A DNA stretch of 64,000 nucleotides from Eledone cirrhosa (Eukaryota), in NCBI GenBank assembly GCA_964016885.1, contig OZ024757.1, positions 40,734,001-40,798,000 of the forward strand, in the 5' to 3' direction. The notes under the pieces are model-generated. The model saw only the letters and a list, made by a program, of their open reading frames with translations. It had not been told where the DNA came from and made no database searches. Shown piece by piece: positions 56,323 through 64,000 of the stretch. The position numbers and the translations under genes were made by a program. Each line of letters begins with the position of its first letter. The first letter of the stretch is position 1.

Positions 56323-58290
56323 TCAGGATTTGGGCACCATGGCCCATTCGAGAAGAGAATTACTGTTTGCGGAGACATATCCGGGTGTGGGTGGTTTGTC
56401 CGGGATTACTTGGAGGAATTTGTCCAAAGACTTCTTGAATTTTGTGTGGTCAGTTTCTGTTTTGACGTGTCCTGGTGTGATGTTGAAGAGAGCAGGGCCG
56501 ATTGAGGTGAAATAATTGTGCCGTATTGTTGTTATGAGTTGCGATTTAGATTTTTGAATGGGACGGATAGCACGGGGCCCAAGCCTTGGGTGTATCTTGA
56601 AGGCGATGCCAACATCATTTGGGCAGTGATGATGGAACATTTTCCACATCATGCAGATAATATAACGCTCACGGCGACGTTGGAGTGAGTAAAGTTTCAG
56701 GTTTTCCAATCGACCCCAGTAGTCAAGGTCTGACATGCCATCTATCTTTTTCGTGATTGCCCTTTGAGGAGCTTCAAGTTTCATGATACTTTGTTTCGTG
56801 TGGGGAGACCACAGTGGACAACAGTATTCAAGGTGTGGTCGGGCGAAAGTAGAGAAGAGAAGGATAATGGTGCGGGAATCTCTCGACTGGAAGGTTCTGA
56901 GGATCCAGGAACACATTCTGCGGGCCATGTCAACTTTGCTGCTTATATGCGTGGTCCAGCTTATGTTGCTGTCCACGGTTACTCCCAAGTCTCTGATGTT
57001 GTTAGATGCCACGAGAGTTTCCCCGGAGGGAAGGGAGTACGGGAGTTTCAGAGCATCCTCTTTTCCAAAGTGGATCAGTTCGAATTTGTCTTCGTTCAGT
57101 AACATGTTGTTCTTTTCTGCCCATTGGGTAACAGCCAGTAGGTCTGACTGAAGGCTTATCCGGTCATCCACGCCATTGATGACCTTTTGGAGCTTGGAAT
57201 CATCAGCGAAAATTTTAATGTTGCTGTGTTTGATGATGTCAGTGATGTCATTAATATAGATGATGAAGAGAAGTGGGCCCAACACAGTGCCTTGTGGGAC
57301 TCCACTACTGACTTTGGCTGGGCTTGATTTGACTCCCTCAACTACAACATGTTGGGTTCTGTTTGACAGGAAGCTCTTGATCCACTGCAGCAGCTTTCCA
57401 GTGACACCAATATTGGACAGCTTTCTCAGTAGAATGTTATGATCAACCCTGTCAAAGGCCTTGCTGAAATCAAGGTAGATAACATCAGTGTTGGAACCCT
57501 CTCCCAAGGCTCTCAAAATGTCATCAAAGTGATGCAGTAGTTGCGTCAGGCAATCCCTTCCATTACGGAATCCATGCTGGTTGGAGTTCAGCATATTGTT
57601 ACTCTCAAGGAAGTGGGTCATTCGCGATCTCACCACTCGCTCAAATACCTTAATGATATGAGAGGTGAGTGAGATTGGACGGTAATTCACGGCAAGGGAT
57701 TTGTTTCCCTTTTTGAAAACTGGGACAACAGACTGGGATAGAAGGTTTTCTGGCACATATCCAGCATCCAGTGAGTTCCGCCACAGATTGGCAAGAGGAG
57801 AAGCAAGTTGGTGTTGACACGCCTTCAAGACACAAGCAGGGAACCTATCGGGACCTACTGCTGAATTATGCTTGATTTCCTTTATTGCCGCCAAGACATC
57901 AGGGGCGCCAAACGTTATGTCCGATAAGGTGTAATGGGGAGTAACATCGCCGATACAGCCCAGATCGGCCATATCAGGATTGCTGAAAACAGAGCAGTAT
58001 TGTTTCTGCAGTATCTCACCCATGGTTTTAGCATTGTCTTGAAGAGTGCCATTTTCATCAATTAGAGGGCCAACAGTAGAGCCAGTGATTTTGTGTTTTT
58101 TTGCAAATGAAAAGAACACTTTGGGATTGAGTTTGATCTTCTCAATGGCCCAGGCCTCTTCAGCTCTTCTCTGATTGTTGATGAGGGACATTATGTTGTT
58201 TTGGAGGTTATGTTTTTTAATCTCTAGTGATGAAATGGCAGTCAAGTTGATGTGTTGCTGCTGACAGTATTTCAGATTGTTGATTTTTTT
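56323..58290 (-). CDS. LINE ORF2 C-terminal part: reverse transcriptase, split from APE by a 1-nt homopolymer frameshift
   Basis: GPD, PVFKKG, NYRPISLTS, QHGFR, YLDFSKAFD, GVPQGTVLGPLLF, FADD, RDLGV, RPHLEY motifs. Confidence 0.95.
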   Translation of the reverse strand, partial: KKINNLKYCQQQHINLTAISSLEIKKHNLQNNIMSLINNQRRAEEAWAIEKIKLNPKVFFSFAKKHKITGSTVGPLIDENGTLQDNAKTMGEILQKQYCSVFSNPDMADLGCIGDVTPHYTLSDITFGAPDVLAAIKEIKHNSAVGPDRFPACVLKACQHQLASPLANLWRNSLDAGYVPENLLSQSVVPVFKKGNKSLAVNYRPISLTSHIIKVFERVVRSRMTHFLESNNMLNSNQHGFRNGRDCLTQLLHHFDDILRALGEGSNTDVIYLDFSKAFDRVDHNILLRKLSNIGVTGKLLQWIKSFLSNRTQHVVVEGVKSSPAKVSSGVPQGTVLGPLLFIIYINDITDIIKHSNIKIFADDSKLQKVINGVDDRISLQSDLLAVTQWAEKNNMLLNEDKFELIHFGKEDALKLPYSLPSGETLVASNNIRDLGVTVDSNISWTTHISSKVDMARRMCSWILRTFQSRDSRTIILLFSTFARPHLEYCCPLWSPHTKQSIMKLEAPQRAITKKIDGMSDLDYWGRLENLKLYSLQRRRERYIICMMWKMFHHHCPNDVGIAFKIHPRLGPRAIRPIQKSKSQLITTIRHNYFTSIGPALFNITPGHVKTETDHTKFKKSLDKFLQVIPDKPPTPGYVSANSNSLLEWAMVPKS

Positions 58291-59344
58291 TGTTCGTTCT
58301 CTTAATTTTTCTGATGAGCGTTTTTCTATTTCTAGGGATTCTGCTCTTAGATTTGTTTATAGTTCTTAATGGGGTGTGTTTAGCACATATGTTTGTAACA
58401 GTGTCCACAAATGTCTGCCAGGACTTTTTGATGTTAGTGGGTGTATGAGTGTGCGTGAAGGACCAGTCGACATGTGCAAGATCATGACTGATCGCTTCCC
58501 AGTTTGCATTGTGGAAATCCATAGCGTCAAACGGATGGGCAGGAGAAATGACATTGGGTTTGTATATTGGACGGTGGAATCTCAGATCACAGAGAACCAT
58601 GTCATGATCAGAGAGTAGAGTTTTCTCCACTGCAATATTGTGGATATTGTCAGTGTGATTGCTGAAAATTAAGTCTAGGACGTTTTTGTGGCACCTCGTT
58701 GGTTCGAGCACTAGTTGGGATAGGAAGAAATCATCCATGAAGTCAAGAAGCGATTCCACAGCTTCCCTGTCAGAGGTTGAGGCAGAAGAACCTGGTGGCA
58801 GGGTGTTTGTGGACCAGTCAACTCCGGGGAGGTTGAAGTCCCCCATCATTAAGATGTTGTCAGGGTGACACTCTTGGATGAAACACTTTATGCTGTTGAG
58901 GCATTCCTTGAAGCATGGTACAGGCGTTTGGGGTGGCCTATAGAGCCCAACTACTAATAGGTTGTTGGTTTGACTGAATACAGTGACTGCTTCACAGTAT
59001 CCATTAGTGAATATGTTCATAGCCTCTGTTGAGAAAGAATTATGGACATAAATGGCAGTTCCGCCCTTTCTTCTGCCAGCGCGATCAGCACGGATGGCTT
59101 TGAAATTTTTCACTTTCACCTCGGCTTCCAAGTGGAGGTTACTGAGATGGGTTTCAGTGAGGACGAAGAAAGGGATGTGGTTTGGATGGACATCAATCCA
59201 GTCCTCCAGGAATTTGATCTTCCATTTTTGAGTATTGGTGGAAGGGCTGATGCCTTGGGCGTTAAGCAAAAATGTAGAGGCGAGGGTGGATGGTTTTAAT
59301 TGTTTTGGTGTGTTGTTAATTTGTTTGTTTGTTAATGGCAGCAA
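58217..59344 (-). CDS. LINE ORF2 N-terminal part: apurinic-like endonuclease
   Basis: LLNAQGI, LTETHL, RADR...GGTAIYV, LYRPP, MGDFNLP, PTR...LDLIF, SDH motifs. Confidence 0.93.
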   Translation of the reverse strand: MLPLTNKQINNTPKQLKPSTLASTFLLNAQGISPSTNTQKWKIKFLEDWIDVHPNHIPFFVLTETHLSNLHLEAEVKVKNFKAIRADRAGRRKGGTAIYVHNSFSTEAMNIFTNGYCEAVTVFSQTNNLLVVGLYRPPQTPVPCFKECLNSIKCFIQECHPDNILMMGDFNLPGVDWSTNTLPPGSSASTSDREAVESLLDFMDDFFLSQLVLEPTRCHKNVLDLIFSNHTDNIHNIAVEKTLLSDHDMVLCDLRFHRPIYKPNVISPAHPFDAMDFHNANWEAISHDLAHVDWSFTHTHTPTNIKKSWQTFVDTVTNICAKHTPLRTINKSKSRIPRNRKTLIRKIKRTNKKNQQSEILSAATHQLDCHFITRD

Positions 59345-60486
59345 TGGGAGTTTGTGCAGTGGGGTGATAGTGGAGGGTGGTGCTGGGTGATAGCTCGAAT
59401 GTTTTTTTCCAGTTCTTTTGCCAGATTCATTATGGCTAAAAAAGAGGAAGAAGTTTCCTGTTTAGAAGACTGTTGGTGACTGTGGTAGTGGTTATTTTTA
59501 TGTAGGTTATGGTTTTTGTTTTTGCTTTTATTTTTAATTTTATTTTCATTTATCCGACGGGTCCCCGGGAGATGGGTAAAGGGACAATCCCGGTCTAAAC
59601 ACAATCTGTCTCGCAGGGAAAAACGGCAGATTTGTGGATTCCTTGTTTGAGTTATTGGTGGTTGTGTTGGTGTTAAATTAGAGTATGTATTATGGTGGTG
59701 GCTGTTTGTGGGGATAGATCGTTTTGTCCTAGGTAAATGGGTGAATTTGCAGCCACTATCCGTACATATTCTATAGCGTAGAGAGTAGCGGCAAATGATG
59801 GGGTTTCGAGTGGGTGGGTATGTGGGTGTGGGTGTTGTGAGAGGTGTAGATGATGGTTTGGGTAGGATTTGACGACCTTTGTGGACTGTGGGAGGGAGAG
59901 TTCTTGTTCTGGTATTAGAAGGTAAATTCCTTGACATAGCAGTAGACAAAAATGTTGTAGTAGTAGTAGTAGGCAGAGATGTTGGCAGTGGTGATGATTG
60001 GACTGCTGGGCCAGAGAAAGGATGTGGCGTTTCATGCTGTGAGACAGAGGCTACTGGGGGGTCAATAGTTTCATTTAGTAGATCGGCCATTGTTGATGAA
60101 TCAAGGAGTGGTTCACACTGTTGTTGTTGCTGTTGTTGATGTTGTTGTTGTAGCTGTTGTTGATGTTGTTGTTGTAGCTGTTGTTGTTGTTGCTGTTGTA
60201 GCTGCTGTTGTTGTTGTTGCTGCTGCTGGACAGCATTCGAAGAGAAAACACACCGTAGTTTATCCAAATGTTTATTGATTAATTTAAAAGCAATTTCGAT
60301 TTGCTTTAATTTATTTTGAATCTGTTGTTCAGATCGAGTTTTCAAAAATTGAACTGTACGTTTAGCAATGTCGTTCAGAGATGAAACATCTATATTTTCT
60401 GTTTGGGAAAGGCAATGCCATGTGTTTATTAGAATGTCGATTTCATTATCAGACCAGTTCTGTTTGGATTTTTGCTGGTTAGCCAT
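59332..60486 (-). CDS. LINE ORF1: Myb/SANT-like N-terminus, polyQ, two CCCH-type zinc fingers
   Basis: NWSDNEIDILINTW...TRSEQQIQNKLKQI; CRYSLRYRICTDSGCKFTH; CRFSLRDRLCLDRDCPFTH. Lies directly upstream of the APE domain. Confidence 0.85.
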   Translation of the reverse strand: MANQQKSKQNWSDNEIDILINTWHCLSQTENIDVSSLNDIAKRTVQFLKTRSEQQIQNKLKQIEIAFKLINKHLDKLRCVFSSNAVQQQQQQQQQLQQQQQQQLQQQHQQQLQQQHQQQQQQQCEPLLDSSTMADLLNETIDPPVASVSQHETPHPFSGPAVQSSPLPTSLPTTTTTTFLSTAMSRNLPSNTRTRTLPPTVHKGRQILPKPSSTPLTTPTPTYPPTRNPIICRYSLRYRICTDSGCKFTHLPRTKRSIPTNSHHHNTYSNLTPTQPPITQTRNPQICRFSLRDRLCLDRDCPFTHLPGTRRINENKIKNKSKNKNHNLHKNNHYHSHQQSSKQETSSSFLAIMNLAKELEKNIRAITQHHPPLSPHCTNSHCCH

Positions 60487-60497
60487 TCTAGTTTTGA

Positions 60498-60958
60498 GTG
60501 TGTGTGTGTTTTAGTTAAGTATTTCAATATATATATATTTTTTTTTTAAATTTATTTTTGATTTATTTTTGTTTTTTGTTTTTCTTGTGTGTGAGTGAGA
60601 AGCGTATATATATAAATATGAGTATATATATATATATATATGTATATTCTGGTTATTTGAAATTAATTAAGTTAATGAAAAGACGAAAGTATATAATAAT
60701 AATTTGTAGTTAAAGGAAAATGTACTCACAAGTTCGTGTGTGTGTGTTTTAGTTAAGTATTTCAATATATATATATTTTTTTTTTTTAAATTTATTTTTG
60801 TTTTTTGTTTTTCTTGTGTGTGAGTGAGAAGCGTATATATATAAATATGAGTATATATATATATATATATATGTATATTCTGGTTATTTGAAATTAATGA
60901 AAAGACGAAAGTATATAATAATAATTTGTAGTTAAAGGAAAATGTACTCACAAGTTCG
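60498..60958 (-). repeat. ~238-bp tandem duplication in the LINE 5' UTR
   Basis: GTGTGTGTTTTAGTTAAGTATTTC...GTACTCACAAGTTCG occurs twice. Confidence 0.9.
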
Positions 60959-61099
60959 AAAACACGTGGTTTCAAATATATAATAATATAGATGTATGAA
61001 AAATGTATTAACCGGTCAATTTTTGTTTGTTTGGTTTTGTCTTGTGGTTTTGTTTTGTGGCTGTGTGACTTGCTGCTTACTCGGGGAGAGAAGTAAAAA

Positions 61100-61137
61100 C
61101 ACGTCCTTATACTTCAACTGCTCAACTGCTCAACTGA
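61100..61137 (-). promoter_or_regulatory. Inr/DPE-like internal Pol II promoter of the LINE
   Basis: TCAGTT with A+1 at 61135, and GGACGTG at +30 to +36. Confidence 0.55.
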
Positions 61138-61221
61138 ATATTTATATATAAACGTATGCGCGTGTGTGTATTTATATTTATTTATGTCCATATAAGCACT
61201 TTTGCTCCATGTATGAAAATA

Positions 61222-61285
<64 letters not shown>

Positions 61286-61883
61286 ATGCATATATAAATG
61301 TATATTTTATGGAGTGTATTGCAGCAGCGCGACTATGGAAGATATTTTGTATGTGAAACATATTTCATTTTTATGACAATATTTCGTCTTACTGGGAACC
61401 ATGATCGGTGACATAGTCTAAAGTAATTCTATATATGTTCACCATGCATCATATATTTCCAAACGTTAACTTGATAAATTCGTTAAAACTTCACCAATGA
61501 CACAATGAAGCAAATGATGTCATAAACCCTCTATACTCAACCGTTTACTAATGTCGTAAAATTTATGTATTTACCCGATGATAAAGCCTAATAGATTTTG
61601 AAAAAATAATGGGAAGGTCATGCCTCTTTAGTTTCATAACCATATTTCGCATTGTAAAACTAAAACTGTAAAGTTCAGCACGATTAATTGCGTTTCGAAT
61701 ACATCAACTGTGTATATTTTAAACATGCTATCACCTAAGAAACATATTTGAGATGTATAGACAAGTTCTCTCTCATCTGTCTCTCTTTCTCTCTCTCTCT
61801 CATCTCTCTCTCTCTCTCCCTCTCTCATCGCCCTCTCTCTCTCTTTCTATCTCTCTCCCTCTGTATATATATATGTATATATG

Positions 61884-61999
<116 letters not shown>

Positions 62000-62034
62000 A
62001 TATAAGATCAAAAGATGGTTAAAAGAGTTCCAAT

Positions 62035-62104
62035 TATTTTATTATGCGCATTTCAAAAACAAATATCATCATGGGATGATATCTGCGTCCTCATCAGATA
62101 AAAT
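62035..62104 (-). ncRNA. Type I hammerhead ribozyme in a Penelope-like terminal fragment between (TA)n tracts
   Basis: TATTTTAT-CTGATGA-GGACGCAGATATCATC ccat GATGATATTTGTTTTT-GAAAT-GCGC-ATA-ATAAAATA. Confidence 0.8.
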
Positions 62105-62235
62105 AGGGAGACATGATATAAAGCTTAAAAAACACTTGTGAGCAGTGAAGTTTTAAATCAACATATATCAAACTGTAGAGTGCTACTTATCCGATATTTG
62201 CATTGCTTTATTGTGCTGCAATAAAACTCACCTCC

Positions 62236-62366
<131 letters not shown>

Positions 62367-62371
62367 ATATA

Positions 62372-62497
62372 ACGTATGTTGATGCCCTAAGGTCAGACAC
62401 TGGTCTGTTGGAGACGCAGGACATGGCAGCGATAATGAGGGACAGAGACCGCTGGAGAGAACTCGTCCATGGATCTCGGGAATTTTACCCGCCTTAG
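62372..62497 (+). mobile_element. RTE-clade LINE 3' fragment in (TA)n
   Basis: [41 protein letters not shown]. Confidence 0.7.
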
Positions 62498-63377
62498 AAT
62501 ATATATATATATATATATATATTACTCCTATATTTTCAAGGAATTCTGGTATTCTGGCCTAGTTTCGGAACTGGTAGAGGGATCGTTCCAGCATATACCC
62601 AGGATTAATATATATATATTATCAAGTACTGATAAGTTTGAAAGTAGCGATGATACAACGCAGTAGAAATATATAAAAAGCAGAGAATGACAAATAAAAC
62701 AATACAAAATAATATTTCGGGGTTTCAAGCCCCTTTTCAAATGTGATACAGAAACTATACTACATTATAAAATCCATTTTATCAGAATTATTTTGTGAAT
62801 ATCTCTCTCTATATAGGAAATTTTCCGACTATATACTTTTCAGTCGAGCCTCTTGTAAATGTAACGTTGAATTAGTTTTTGCCTGGATCAAACATAATTT
62901 GCATAATGCAAAATATGTTCCAAGATTCATGAAAAAAAAAAGTTACATAATGCGTTTATGTGAATGCTATTTAAACTACATTTTATGCAACTACGGATAA
63001 TATCGATTTCACGTAATTATTCATAGAAGGAAATATTTTCCGGGTTTATATATAGATGCCTGAATCGATTATTAGTTAATGAGAGATATTTATACCGATA
63101 TCTAATATGTAAAGTGATCTCTGGTCTTAATTTGTACTATATATCACGTGATATTTAATGACTAAACATTACAGCTTCGAAAAGACTCTTCACAATTCTC
63201 GTCACATCTAGAAGCCAAGATAAATAAGGAATACTTATTCAAAATTTAAATTTTCTTTAGCATATTTCTAATTTTAAAATATACACATTGCCTATCATGT
63301 TTATATCATTTTGAAAATCTTCAATAATTATCTCTGATTTATGAATATAATTCTTTATTAATATAATGTAGTGTTTA

Positions 63378-63556
63378 TGCAGTATCGGAGCCGAGGAGCG
63401 TCGGAGAGAATGTTATGCGGTATTAAATAACGGTTCTTTACGTTCTGATTTCAAATCCCAGGGAGGTTAACTTTGCCTTTCATCCTTACGGGGTCGATAG
63501 AATAAAGTACCAGTAATACAATGAGATAGTTGCTGGCCTTGTGCCAAAAGTGGAAA
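63378..63556 (+). mobile_element. SINE family 1
   Basis: TTCAAATCCCAGGGAGGTTAACTTTGCCTTCATCCTTACGGGGTCGATAGAATAAAGTACCAG...GGCCTTGTGCC. Confidence 0.82.
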
Positions 63557-63607
63557 TGATATACGTTGTAATGTAAATATGGACGTGATTTTTAATATCT
63601 ACTAAAA

Positions 63608-63941
<334 letters not shown>

Positions 63942-64000
63942 TATGCACGCCTACACATACATATACATATGCACATATATATATACACGCCTACACATGC

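Larger units (their letters stand above)
56231..61137 (-). mobile_element. Full-length CR1-like LINE
   Basis: 5' UTR, ORF1, APE-RT ORF2, and a short 3' UTR with a GGCCA-ATAC-TGGCC hairpin and CAAAGT repeat tail. The 3' end abuts (TA)n. Confidence 0.93.

Noticed and set aside
56235-60278. Plus-strand and alternate-frame ORFs over the LINE
   Set aside because: They are antisense or shadow frames of ORF1 and ORF2 with no independent motifs.
59332-60486. PolyQ host transcription factor gene
   Set aside because: It is intronless and sits between the LINE 5' UTR and the overlapping APE-RT frame, so it is LINE ORF1.

Overview
This is eukaryotic, AT-rich, microsatellite-saturated non-genic DNA. The (TA)n/(CA)n density and the SINE types suggest a cephalopod such as an octopus; that is an inference. 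I could not support any host protein-coding gene, and nearly all listed ORFs are microsatellite artefacts. Main contents: (1) a 282-bp tandem satellite (1-~7190) whose monomer carries a tRNA-like Pol III cassette, with a dispersed inverted dimer of the same unit at 34657-34965; (2) a ~9.2-kb palindrome (45425-54655) formed by two head-to-head, 5'-truncated Penelope-like (Naiad-type GIY-YIG) copies, each with a ~3.3-kb microsatellite-rich 3' UTR ending in a hammerhead ribozyme with a ~115-nt stem II; (3) about 18 intact or degenerate type I hammerhead motifs, many in short fold-back elements inserted in (TA)n; (4) a near-intact full-length CR1-like LINE (56231-61137, minus strand) whose ORF2 has no upstream AUG and overlaps ORF1 in the -1 frame across two retrovirus-type slippery heptamers; (5) R4/Dong-like and RTE LINE fragments, two tRNA-derived SINE families and several minisatellites. 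All calls were made by eye, and family names are from memory.
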